DNA of 64,000 nt from Lama glama (GCA_028534125.1 CM052852.1:94302001-94366000); one strand, 5' to 3'. Positions 24,692 to 37,570 are shown, numbered from the stretch's first letter. Program-made: numbers and translations. The notes: generated by a model from the sequence alone, not told the origin.

Positions 24692-25570
24692 TGGTCTCTG
24701 CCCCCAGTTCCTAAACCCCTTGGAATTTCCTAAATGGTAAGAGCACTGGGAGCATCTTCTGTTCTCATATTTGGTCTTTGACCCTGGTTCCTAACACAGG
24801 GTACTATATCCCTAATTTCCTGAGGGATAGGATTGTCTTGTGTTCTAGTGAGCTGATTCTGGGTGGGCTCCTGGTTGGGGGCTGGTCATCAGAAAGACCA
24901 AGCCCTGATTAGCAGCTTGGAATTTCCAATCCCACCCTCCCCTTCTCTGCAGAGGGGAGAGGGACTAGAAATGTAGTTAATAACCAATCATGCCTGTGTG
25001 AGGAAGCCTCCATAAAATCCCAGTAGTATAGGGTTTGGAGAGTTCCTGGGTGGGCGATCACATCCACATACAGGAAGGGTGACACACCCCAACTGCACAG
25101 GGACAGAAGCTCCTGCACTCGGGACCCTCCCAGATCTGGCCCTATGTGTCTCTTCATCTGTGTTCATCTGTATCCTCTATCATATCCTTTAGTAAACATG
25201 AGTAACTGTTTCCCTGAGTTCTGTGGGCCACTCTAGCAAATTAGTCAAACCCAAGGAGTGGGCCACTGGAACCTCTGATGTATATGGCCAATTGATCAGG
25301 AACACAGGTGACAACTTCGGCTTACCACTGGCATCTGAAGTGGAGGGAGACAGTCTTGTAACTGAGGCCTTAACATTCGGGATGTGTCTGTCTCCAGGTA
25401 GACAATGTCAGAATTGAGTTTCATTGAAGGACACGCAGCTGCTGTTGCAGAAATTTGCTTGGTGTGAGAAAAGCCTCCCACACATCTGGTGTCAGAGCGT
25501 TGTTGAGTGTGGTCATATTGGGAAAATAAAGGAGAAACACAGGTGGCAGATTACTGGGTTTTCTAATACA
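24643..25570 (+). mobile_element. Solo LTR, MER21-like, with a (TA)n run near its 5' end
   Basis: TG...CA ends. MER21-type motifs ggggctggtcatcagaaagaccaagcc, gggacagaagctcctgcactcgggaccctcccaga and tttccctgagttctgtgggccactctagcaaatta. Confidence 0.85.
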
Positions 25571-28500
25571 GCTGTATGATCAAAATGGACGTAGCCTCCT
25601 TGCCCAGAATTTAACACGCTGTTAAGGCACAGAAAGCCTGAACACGCCAGTATGCTCATACTGAAGATGCGTCCTCAGTGCTCACTCCCAGGGGGGGGTT
25701 TGGAATACTTCTATTATTGAGCACCTACTGTGCGCTAAGAGGACTCTCCCCATTTCCCTGGTTACACGTGTCAGGGACAGAGCCTGTATTAGGTATTGAT
25801 TGTCTCTCAACGGACACACGTCATTTTGTGAGGGGTACCTCCCTAGCATCAGAGGCCAGAGGGCTCAGATTGGCCAGGAGAAAAGAAAATTGAATTTTCA
25901 AATCCACAAATCCCAGGGAAACAGAGTAACTGAGTGCTACTTTCATTGGCCTTTCTAATGGGGAGAATAAATAAGCCAATACTGAGATGCTCTACCTCGT
26001 GACTCCGTATTTACTCCACTTAGGGAATGATTAGTGTCGACAGATGACTCTTATGAGTGAAACGTGCTTCTTTACCAGAGACAGGGCATTTTTCATTAAA
26101 TCACAAGATACCAAAACTTGAGTTATAAACAAAATCAGCACTTGACGAATGCATCTTGCTAAAGGGTTTTCTAGCCAGCACAGTAGCCTGAAGGGAGCAA
26201 TCCTTAATGAAATGCGAGCACTGCTGAATCCTGGTAACACATCATATTTGGGCCAGACACTCAAAAAGCTCCTACTGGTTGCCATGTTAGCGAAATACAC
26301 ATGGCAGGGTCTTGAGCGGCAGGTTGGGTGAAACTGACCAGGAATTCAGTGAGCATTGGGAAGCCATGGAGGATGCTGAGAGAGGGACACGACCGAAGTG
26401 GAACATGAAATGGGGTGACAATGGGAACAGCTGCACCGAGCAGCAGCCCAGTGCAGAGGCAGTGGTCCTTGTCCTGCTGAGAGGTAACGAGGACCCAGCT
26501 GGCCCCTAGCTGCAGGAAGAGTGAGGAGGGCATAGCCTTCTGTCAGAAAGCAGGATGGAAATATACCCTGTCAGGACCGCTCTGTACTCCCTCCTTGTTG
26601 GGATGTGAATCTGAGCCTTGTGTGTAGTTGCGGGATGGATCCAGATACACTTGGTTCTGAAGCCCAGCTTTTCCCCCAGAGGTCTCTTTTCTCCTCTGCA
26701 CAGGGCGGGGGGGTCCTCTGGCACTGTCATACCCGGAGCAGTGGTCAGGCCTCTCAGACTCTGCAGTCAGCCCCAGGTCTTTTACCTAGCCCATGTTTAT
26801 TAAGTGACTCTTAGGTGCCAAGACACCTGGAACAAATTTCCTCCAGTCTCTGCCTATCAAAATTCTATTCCAGCCCCTGTTATGTCTAGCACAGGCCTCC
26901 TTCATATACGCACAGGAAATGATGAATTACATTAAAATGGGAGAAGCACCGTATTCTAAAGCTAAGGAGCATGGTTTTTGCTTCCTACAGTTCAAGGTTC
27001 AAATACAGGATGTTTCCATGTCCCCTTCTGGGCACTCATCCAGAGGGTTGAATATAGTGGGTAGTGTTTTCCTAAAGATTGCAGTCCCTGGATGTAAAGT
27101 CAGAAATTCAGGCAGCCATCCAGGTGTGGCAAAATGCTGAGTGACATTTTCTCCTTTTAAGCTGCAGTCCTGGCTGCCAGCTGAAACCCCAGCCTATAGG
27201 ATATAAAATAAGCCTCTTGCTGTTTTACTCATTCCAGTGAAATCTATTTAAATGCTGTAATTAAGCGATTCATTTTTATATTTGGGCAAGTGCTCTCAGG
27301 CTATGTCTCTTTAATTGATTTCACCAATTCTGTAAGTATTGATTTTAGACCATCTGAATACCCTAACGATGAGTTCATCTGTTAATAGAGGAGTTTTTCT
27401 TCTGAGCTTAGGCAATCGATGTAATTTACCAATACATGCCACTAGGTTAAGGCATGGCTGTGCCTCACAGAGCTGCACCAGGGATCGTTAAAGGTAAAAC
27501 ATAGAAACCCCGAATGGACACAATCGATTGTTCTTCTGTCTTATTTCCATAATGCATAATATCCAATTATTTGAAATTAATCTGAATGATTGACTTTTCA
27601 CTTTTTCTCAAGAGATGTATTGTCTAGAGCCAGCTGGCTGTCTCTGCTAGTAGAAGGTGACGAAAAAAGAAACATGTAAGCAGGAAATGTAAAAGCCACA
27701 CAGAACAATGGTAGTCGAATCATATTTTATACCTGACTGGCAGAATGATTATTGATTAAGGGGAAAAGCAGTCCCTGAATACATAGCCTTGTAAAATGAG
27801 TCCATGGCTATACTATTTCTAGGTCTTCGGAGAGCTCACTTTGACAGTCTCAGCAAACAGGAAACATATGGCACTGAGTTGGTTGTCTGTAAATTTCAGG
27901 GGGTGTAATATCATAAGTCTGGATATAAAAGTTCAAGGCATGCTTCCTAAATGCCCAGAAAGATTCTCTGAATATTTTTATGAATATAGTATACATGTCT
28001 ATTGGACTAGAATAACAGTTAATGACATATAATCAGTGGGACAGAATGACCTTACCAAAGAATTTCTTTTTTCAAAGTTCAGTTGGGATATAGAAGATGA
28101 TGAGCAAGTTTCCTAAGTGCTTTTTTTTTAATCAATAAAATTTGGATTTCATTTTATTATTTTGGAGGGTGAACAAAGTATATTTTAGGAAGAGCAACTC
28201 ATTGAGAGAGAAAATCATTTTAAAATGTACATATGTACTGTTCATTGTTTCTAAGAACAGTTTAGAGCTTTAGCTTTTTAAACTTCATAATTATCAAAGG
28301 AATAAAGCATAAGTGCGTTATAAGTAATATTTTCTCCCCAAAGAAATGGGGTATGTGTGCCCCTGGAGGATGGGACTCAATAGACAGCTACTTTCCTTCC
28401 TTCCTTCGTTCCTTCTTTCTATTTTCTCATGGTAGCTACATTTTATGGACCATGTAATACAGTATGGTCTTCAAGTCACTTAAGCTGCAGTGCAGCAAAA

Positions 28501-29276
28501 GGATTCTCTACACAACAGAAAGACAAGGTCCTTCTTCTTTTTAGGAAGATGGATGTAATGAGCGAGCAACTGTAAGCATGTCCTTAGCCATCTCATCCCT
28601 CCTGAGGAAGTAAATTTGCTGCTTAGCAGGATACCACCAGTAGCACAGTGCTGGTAATGAGACAAGAACTGGCTCATAAACACTCCTTGGAATGAGAGCA
28701 GTGTCTTCTCCCTGGGAATATAATTTCTCAAGCTGCTGTATTGTGGAGAGGGCTCACCTAGGGTAGCATCCTCAGGGCTTCTCAACCTCAGGGTCAAATG
28801 GTAGTGAAAAAGCAAGGAGCCCTCCTGATGGAGTGAGGTGTGAGAGGAGGGACTGCTAATGGAGGAGTCACTAGGAAAAGAAGGACTCCTCGGCTTCCTT
28901 GTAGGGAGAGGGGAGTGGAGTGTGCACACTCGCCTGTGCCCCACAGCATCTCATGTGTCCCGACCTGTCTACCACCAACACCAACCCCCAGGGAGGTTCA
29001 GGGCAGAGGCCCGTGTGAAGGCAGAGGGCCCTCTGTCCTGCTAGGCAGGGCTTAGCAGGATCTAAATACATCAAAGTCTTCCTCGAGTAGGACTTTCCAG
29101 ACAGGAGCACCTTGTTCGCTGAAGAACTACTCCTGATATGGAGAGAAGAACAGAACGGCCTATAATCCTCGTTGGAATAACTGCCTAGATTCGATACTGC
29201 AACCTGGTCACCAGGCAGAAAGCCCATCAGCTCTCTGGCTATAAAAATATGTGCAGCATAAGTTTTGCTTACCAAA

Positions 29277-29533
29277 CGGGAGGGATAAATTAGAAGCTTG
29301 GAATTAACAAATACACACTACTATATATAAAAGAGATAAACAACAAGGACCTACTGTATAGCACAGAGAACTACATTCAATAGCTTGTAATAATCTATAA
29401 TGGAAAAGAATCTGAAAAAGTAAGGTATATTTTATATATATATGTATATATAATATATATAATAATATATATAAATTGAATCACTGCTGTACACCTGAAA
29501 CTAACACAACACTGTAAATCGACTAAAAATAAA
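29277..29533 (+). mobile_element. L1 3' UTR end (artiodactyl type)
   Basis: gggagggataaattagaagcttggaattaaca...aacaacaaggacctactgtatagcacag...tgtacacctgaaactaacacaacactgtaaatc. Confidence 0.92.
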
Positions 29534-29614
29534 GACATATGCATGGATGCCTGTGTGGAATACGGCTGCAATCAAGATGCACTTTTTTGCTTAGAATGCT
29601 GTGGTTTCTAGAGC

Positions 29615-29810
29615 ACTGTTGTCAACGTCAGCCACTCACAACCACCCTTGATGTAGGCAGGGGAGAAACGATTACCTTCATTTTTAAAATGAGGAAACAG
29701 GCACACAGGTGTTAGCCGTGTCGCTAACGTCATGGCAAGGGGAAGTGGCGAAGCTGAGAGCAGAACCCAGGTTTGTGTATTTCGGGCACAGCGCTCTTTC
29801 CGCTACAGCC
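29615..29810 (-). mobile_element. MIR SINE
   Basis: ctcacaaccacc...cattttaaaatgaggaaacaggcac...gctgagagcagaacccagg. Confidence 0.75.
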
Positions 29811-29998
29811 CATGGCGTTTCATTGCACCAATTAGGGTATTATTTTTTTTACATTTTAATTGATTTTATCATCCTATGTCTTGCTCGAACTTCACTGATG
29901 GCAAGATAAGTATGATGTTAGGGAAACGTGGCACAAAATAAGTAGAACATAGGTTTTAAAAAACATATAGACATTACAAATTAAAGTGGCATAAATGC

Positions 29999-30297
29999 CT
30001 ATGGAAAACAGTGTGGAGATTCCTCAAAAGACTAGGAATAGACTTACCATATGACCCAGGAATCCCACTCCTGGGCTTGTACCCAGAAGGAAATCTACTT
30101 CAGGATGACACCTGCACCCCAATGTTCATAGCAGCACTATTTACAATAGCCAAAACATGGAAACAACCTAAATGTCCATCAACAGGTGACTGGATAANNN
30201 NNNNNNNNNNNNNNNNNNNNNNNNNNNNNNNNNNNNNNNNNNNNNNNNNNNNNNNNNNNNNNNNNNNNNNNNNNNNNNNNNNNNNNNNNNNNNNNNN
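29999..30297 (+). mobile_element. Young 5'-truncated L1; 3' end hidden in the N-gap
   Basis: Uninterrupted ORF2 C-terminus WRFLKRLGIDLPYDPGIPLLGLYP...[21 protein letters not shown]. Flanked by identical TTAAAGTGGCATAAATGC at 29981-29998 and 30298-30315. Confidence 0.92.
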
Positions 30298-33019
30298 TTA
30301 AAGTGGCATAAATGCTAACTATCTAGCCTCCATTTTCCAATCAGTTTAAATTACTTTAATGTATGTTTTTAAACTCAAAATTAGCTGTAATCCCAATATG
30401 TATCCTTCTTAACACTTGCTGAATTGCATGGCATCCTTTCATTTTGGTTTCCCTCCCTTTGCAGGGTATCTCACATTCTTGAACGTGTATCTGGAACTTG
30501 GGATTGTCTTTTCATGTCCTATGATTTCAAAAGAGGAATTTTCTCCTTGAATATTTGGTAGACTAATTCTTCTACCTTAAAGGCATATATATTTTGTTTG
30601 CAAATAATTCACTTAACTTTTCTTCCAAGTCTCTCAATAGTTCCTTATAGCATGCTTAAAACAAAGTCAAATTACAGTGAAAGTGGAGAATGCAAAATGT
30701 GAACTCCTGTCTCATGCCTGGCGGAGGCTCCCTGCAACCATTTCATTTGGAGATGGGCTCACAGGAGGATGACGTGAGCGCATCTGACTCGAGCTGCGGG
30801 GACTCTGGAATAATCCTCGGTTAATTTCCAAAGAGAAGATAACCTCTCAGTGTAGACAGTTTCCATCAATATCCAAGAAACCCAGAAAAAAAATTCACTT
30901 GAATGAAGTTATTTTCCTATATTAGCTGTATTAAAAGACATATGAAGAAGACAAAGAAACTGGTCTTGAACATGATTATGTGCCTCCCGATCAGAGAAAA
31001 ATGACTGGCCCTAATTGACAGTCTCGAAGCCCAGAGAGAAGAGAGGACATTTTCAAAACATATGTTGCAGAATCAGAGCTAGGTTAAGCAATGTCACTCT
31101 GATTTCTCTCCTCCTATCACATCCAGTGTGCTTTAAGAGAAAACCACTTGAACACCATGCCCGTTACTTTGTGATAACCTAAGTCTTCGTCAGGAACAGA
31201 TTTGTTTGGATTTTACGGGATTGGGAAAAGTGGATTCACATGATTTCCACAACGGCCTGTCTCCAGCCTGCTGCCAGATCCGATTCCGCCAGCCGGGACT
31301 GGGAGAGGAAAGGTGGTATAAAGGCAGACGGTGTGCAGACTGGGTACACTTCTGTAGTGAAGGTCAATATCTCGCTGCCACTCTTTGCCAGCATCTGGCT
31401 CTGCCTTTCAGCATCCTTTACACGGACCACTCAGAGCCAGGCATTCACATCCCAAACACCTTTGAGAGATGACTTGAGCCAAACACATAGTCCTTGTTTT
31501 ATCATGCTCACCTGTTACCTCTTTCCCTCGCTTTCTTCCTGTTCCACCCCTTGCCAAGATTCAGCCTCAGGCACAGATGGTGACAAAATGATTTTTGCCT
31601 ATTGAGCCAAAGAAAGTGCCCAAATATTAATGGGTATTTATCTAGCAACAGACCCTAAGACTTCAGCGAGGGGAAGGACTTGGATTTCCAACACTAATGT
31701 CTAAACTTGGGAACTATTTATTTTTTAAAACATTGCTTCAAAGTGCATTGAGTTGTTATGCATAGAAAAGTTCAGCCTGCATATGCACTGGTCACTCAGA
31801 ATGTCAAGTCCAATGTCAGATTATAAATTGTCTCTGTTACAAGTGGTGGCCTCTGCATTTTAATTTACAGCAGTATTCCCTTCATCTCTTAGTCCTCACC
31901 CACCTCCAGGATTTGCAAATATAAAGGTCTCCAAATGGATACTTTTTAAAAAGGTCTGAAGAACCCTGAGGTTGTCAAACCATGGCTTCAGCGCTCTCTG
32001 TCCTGAATGTTATTTCTACAGCCTGCAAAAGTCTAGGGGAGTACAAGTCTGGTTCTGATTGCATAATTATGCTACAGAAGTATGAAAAAAATCATCACTA
32101 AAACCCTCCAGGTGCTTAAACAGTTTGATAGACTGTAGCCATTCTGCCATCAGTGCCCCCAGCTGTGTTACTTAGCAACATTTTAATTCCAGAAGAATCG
32201 AAGGAGATGCAATCNNNNNNNNNNNNNNNNNNNNNNNNNNNNNNNNNNNNNNNNNNNNNNNNNNNNNNNNNNNNNNNNNNNNNNNNNNNNNNNNNNNNNN
32301 NNNNNNNNNNNNNNNNNNNNNNNNNNNNNNNNNNNNNNNNNNNNNNNNNNNNNNGGAACCAGGCTCCACGTCTAAGGGACACAGGCCGAGAGGCCCAGAG
32401 GTTTCCTCATTTCGATGATTTGGTGTGTGTTTTCTTAAAGGTTCCGCAGGAGGAAATTGATCTGAGCCATCGGTCATCCCTTGCCCTTTTGTGGTATCTG
32501 CTAATAAAAATGATTTTAGAGATGGATACTTTGGCCTTTCTGGCACCCGGCATGTGTAGCCAGGTGGCCGAAGTCATGCAGGGTAAACAGTTTCCGGCCA
32601 CAGATCTCAAAATCCAGGACACGCCCATGACCATTCCCTCTGCGCCCACTTCCCCGCACTGTCATAACCCAGACAGGTCCACATGGGTGGGTGAGTGGGG
32701 TGGGGGATACGATTGGAGGGAAAGGTGGGGAGAGGAGGATGGAGTTGTGAACCTGAGGGCCCACTCGCATGGGCACTGCTGAACTTTGCAGGCAGCCCTG
32801 GCCTGTGTCTGAAGGCTGCACTTGAACAGGTACCCACGCTCCCTGGGAGAGGAAAATTGCTTTCTGTGCCTCCTCCAGTCTGCTTATCTCCAGCAGCCTG
32901 CCTCGGTTAGCTCTTCATGTTTCTGAAGAGCATTTTATGTTACTTATTGTTTTGCTAACTAGTTGCAAAGATGAAGCCTGCTAATATTGTCTAATTGCAT
33001 TTTTTTCTTCTGTTTACAG

Positions 33020-33057
33020 GCTGTTGAAAAGGCAAAACCTAAGAATAATCCTGTGAA
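33020..33057 (+). CDS. AFF2: AFF2 internal coding micro-exon (38 nt, phase 0 to 2; probably human exon 9)
   Basis: Branch-like CTAAT at 32991, then ttttttcttctgtttacag|GCT GTT GAA AAG GCA AAA CCT AAG AAT AAT CCT GTG AA|gtaagt. Encodes AVEKAKPKNNPV(N), in frame with the previous exon. Confidence 0.95.
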
Positions 33058-33914
33058 GTAAGTTATTTTCTTTTATCAGTTGGAAATGTTTATTTGAATG
33101 GACTCCAGGCATGTGAAAAAAGAAGATCAGAAAAGAGACCTTGATGTTGAGTTCGTCTCTGTTCATGGCAATTTCAAAAACAAGAACAAAAACAAAACCA
33201 GCAGAAAAAAAACCCTCTAATGAGCAGTGACCAGCTTTTTCAAGTTTTTCCTATGGTCCTGATGAGGAAGTGCTCCAAGTTATGCCCAGTTTACACAAAT
33301 TAATACGTGCCGCCCATGAATAGCTGCCAGATACTATTATAATCATATTCAATGCATAGTACTTCANNNNNNNNNNNNNNNNNNNNNNNNNNNNNNNNNN
33401 NNNNNNNNNNNNNNNNNNNNNNNNNNNNNNNNNNNNNNNNNNNNNNNNNNNNNNNNNNNNNNNNNNNNNNNNNNNNNNNNNNNNNNNNNNNNNNNNNNNN
33501 NNNNNNTCACTACTCTGTTAATGAAAAGCTCATAAAAATATATCTAACTGAAGGTTTTTCTAGCTAACAGAGAGCTATTTCCAAGGCATTTTACGAGACA
33601 CTCTTAAATTATAAACAAGCCGCACAGCACTCTTAAATATAGTACATCTTAGACATCCTGTCTCTTCCAGAAGGGAGACTTTCAAATTAAGGATGTCTGT
33701 CTTGTCATTTGGGTTTGTGACATCTGATTGCAGTGTTATGATGCATACCAGTTCCACCAGCCATGTGGTCTAGGGCAGACCCACTCTATTTGCCGGATTA
33801 CTACAGGTCTGGCAATATTACATCCCTAGGAACTTCATGTTAATTTATGTCAGCCGACTTCCGTTATACTGGGTACCAAATGCAGAAATGGGGAATGCGC
33901 TGATTTTTTTAAAA

Positions 33915-34075
33915 ATCGGTATCTTTATATATAAAGTGTGTCTCCTGTAGATGGCGTATAGTCAAATCTTGGGGTTTTTTCCCCAGTCTGACAGTCTCTG
34001 CCTTTTGACTGGATTGTTAAATCCATTCACATTTAATGTTATTATTGATACAGTTGGATATATTTTATATCTAGT
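33915..34075 (-). mobile_element. L1 ORF2 endonuclease N-terminal fragment
   Basis: Minus-strand translation SIITLNVNGFNNPVKRQRLSDW matches the L1 ORF2 start motif (TLNVNGLN-P-KR-RL--W). Confidence 0.88.
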
Positions 34076-35779
34076 TATATAGGTGGCAGTGCATTGATTT
34101 TTAATAGTTTCTGGGAGAATGGATCTGCTAATGCCAGTGACAAGAAGGCTGCTTGTGTTTTGTAGAGTAATTAACTTTCCCAAGTCACCAGGGTAGTGTT
34201 TGGCACACCATTAAATCCAAGGTCTGATTCTTTTTCCTGAAAGGTTTTGTGTACTTTGTTTTAAGTTTAATTTTCTTAGGCCACAGAATATTCCTTATCA
34301 GGCTCCCATGGTCTCTGCGGGGGTAGCTGTAGTCTAGAGATATATTACGCTGTGGTTGTCCTATGGGAGTGTTTTTAGTAGCTGAGTTTTTGTCTGATTG
34401 TTTGGTTGAGGCTGAAATCTCTGCAGCCTGATTTCTTTCCTGTCTGTGCCCGGAAGGCTTCCCTACTGCAAACCCATAGCAGGCAAGCTCTGTGGATTGG
34501 AGAAGGTGCTAATGAGGCCAAGGCCAGGACTCGAGTCCCTGGGGGGGCCATTAGTGATCCTCTTTCCCGTAGTCTGGCTGCACCTCTCCCTCCAGCCCAC
34601 CCGTGGGCAGACGCATGCCCCGGGTCACGAGGGATGGAGCAGGGGCCGGAAGAGTGTAAGTCTGGCCCTCAGTGGGACAACCATCTCCGAGTTCAAGTCG
34701 TCCGGACAGGAAGTGAGTCCCGAGCTCCATCTCCGCGTGCGCGCGGCAGCCCGCTGGCAGCGTGCAGGGCGGCATTAAGTGGTACTCTAATGCCTGGAAA
34801 CGGGACCAGTCTTCTGTCTGCACCTTGTGAGAATTCGACTCTACAGATACTTATATTTTTATGAGTTCCTGTTAATTCACAGCACAGACTCTGTCTCGTG
34901 TCTAGCACTTTGAGGAACGTTGTAAAGAGAAAACAGGAAAACTAGGCTAGCCAAAGGATTACTAATAGAAGGTGGAGCAATTTTTACTTTTAAATATGCT
35001 TGCAAATCTGTCTAATAATCAATCCAAGTCACAACCAACTGGTAGGTGTTTAGAATCGTCTTCTAATTAAATAAGATACTGCTCTTAGTATGAGTTTGAG
35101 TGACCTGTTGTATTTGATACCTAACACCTGATACCTGACTCACTGGCCTGGCCACAAGCATCACTTTAAGAAGAGGAGCTTCTTCAAGACCTCAGCTCAG
35201 GGACAGGAATTCCAGAGCATGGTTCAGTTACACGGCCTGACAGCAAAGCAGAAGTGGGGTTTCCCAAAGTCTTATAGATAATGCTTTTCCTTCCATTTCT
35301 GATATCTGCCAGAGAATTTCAGTTAGACACGGTGCCCTGGGACCCCAAATAGAGTCAGGGTTCGATACATGTTATCTGAGGGAATGAACAAGTAAACAAA
35401 TTGGACACATCCCAGAAAACCATCCTTTCAGGAACCTGGCCTGGAGGCTTAGTAAGACCGGTAGCTACCCTAGTCAAATGTCAGATCAGAGGGGCTGGTG
35501 TATCGTGACCACGTTGTCCAGTCTCTTATTTTGACTCATGTCACATGTAAAATGTTCCCATGTTGCTCTGGTTCATACTAGCTGCTTTGACTCTGACCAG
35601 TTACTGGCTTGATCTTGTATACATGAATTAACATGCGATTTGTTTGCATGGGCGCACACGGGAAAGCGTGCACAGCCTTGCTGGGAAAGTAGAGGTCTGG
35701 AGGCATCGTTTACAACTCCACTATGAACACAGATTGGTACAGATGATCATTATGTGTGGTTGGATGTCATCCTCTGGTG

Positions 35780-36023
35780 CAGAGTTTGGCAAATGGTTGG
35801 GGAAAAGAATCAAAAGAAGGATATTTCATGACATGTGAAAATTATATGAAATTCAAATTTCAGTGTCTATAAAAGAAATTTTATTGGCACACAGCTACAC
35901 TCATTTGTTTCCATGTCATCTGGGGCTCCTTTTGTGCTACAGTGGCAGACGTGAGACTGTACAACCAGAGAGCCAAAAATACTTACTCTCTGGCCCCTTG
36001 CAGAAAACGTTCGCTGACCACTG
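35780..36023 (-). mobile_element. MER58-like hAT MITE, internally deleted, both TIRs present
   Basis: cagagtttggcaaa ... ttcgctgaccactg. The internal part is reverse-complementary to the 10431-10780 copy. 8-bp TSD CTCTGGTG / CTCTGCTT. Confidence 0.85.
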
Positions 36024-37297
36024 CTCTGCTTGGTCAGTTAGAAAAAGGACTAGATGTAAGCTTTTCCATGACTGAAGGGCAAACGATCAGCCCTTCCTCT
36101 AAAACACTGAGTTGGTAACTACTGAGCCCTTGTCTTGTGTTCAGGACTTTCTGGGGCTGACGTACCACCTCATTCTCTTTCGGAGCACAGAGCGCGCTCT
36201 GAATGCAGATCTTTGAAAATCATTATGGCTCTGAGAGTCATTGATGGGGCAGTGATGCCTCAGAAACCAGGGAACACACAGCTACAGCACATGGCTAGTC
36301 TTCCAAGTTGTGTGCAGATGGATATATTGCAAAAGGCCTATGCATTTTCTAAAACTCTGTTACTTCCCAAGATCTAACTCAGGCTGAGGAAGCTTTTAAT
36401 TCAAGTGATGGTAAATGAGTCACAATATTATTCAGTTTGTGTATTTTCTTCTCTAAAGGTTCACCTTCCCCTCCTTGTTTCCCAACCACTTGTTTATTTT
36501 TAATACCTTCATGGTTGTAAGCTTCTTTTATCACCATAGGGAGACTGTGGTACACATTAATTACATTCCATATATAAAAGAGAAATTAAATATATGCTTA
36601 GTGACTGTAAGCACATAATGTACCTGGATCACTAATGACTTTACCTTGAAACATTAGATATTACCCCTGAGGGTAAGAATCAAAATTGAACATTCTTAAG
36701 ATCACTGATCAGGACGAGAGATGCCTCTCAGTCTGTTGGAACCATGCCGGTATCAAAGCTTGATTAGTATGTTCAAACTGTGCCTCTTTAATGTGGCAGC
36801 GAGGCTTTCGCTTGTATGTTAATGTTCTGCGGCAGTTATCTGCAAGCTTTNNNNNNNNNNNNNNNNNNNNNNNNNNNNNNNNNNNNNNNNNNNNNNNNNN
36901 NNNNNNNNNNNNNNNNNNNNNNNNNNNNNNNNNNNNNNNNNNNNNNNNNNNNNNNNNNNNNNNNNNNNNNNNNNNNNNNNNNNNNNNNNNNNNNNNNNNN
37001 NNNNNNNNNNNNNNNNNNNNNNNNNNNNNNNNNNNNNNTCTGTTACCAAAAAAGAGAGAGAGAGAGAAAGACAGAGGAGGGAGCAAGCAGTTGTCAAGCA
37101 TCAAATTCTTCCTTGTTTTTACACTTTAGCAACGTTCAGCAACATGATGGTTGTCTTTCACAAATCAGGATCAGAAACCACTCTGCTTAGGAAATTACAG
37201 CTTTCTTTAGGAACTGATCCATCTTATAGATACGGTGATTTCATTATTGAAAATGACAAATAGCCACAAAGATTTTCCTGACCGTGATGTCTGTGCA

Positions 37298-37570
37298 TTA
37301 TTCATTTATTCATCCAATGAATATTTATTGAGGAGCTACAGCATTCCGGGAACTCTGACAGATGCTGAGGGAATTCAAAATAAATCTGACACGGGTCTTA
37401 CCCTCGAGGAGTTTGGAGTCCAGGAGAAACAATAACATCGGTTTGTAAAGAACTAAATACAAGATAGAGAGAGAGATGTGTGTTAAGTGGGGACCAGATA
37501 AAAGTCCGAGGGACGCTCTGAGGACAGACGGCGCTTGTAGTTCTCACTGTTGGAGACAGTGGGGGAGGGG
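37298..37570 (-). mobile_element. L2 3' end
   Basis: ttcatttattcatccaatgaatatttattgaggagctac...ccctcgaggagttt. Confidence 0.75.

Noticed and set aside
32153-32782. Longest ORF (209 aa)
   Set aside because: It is open only because it crosses a 140-N gap, and it has no recognisable homology.
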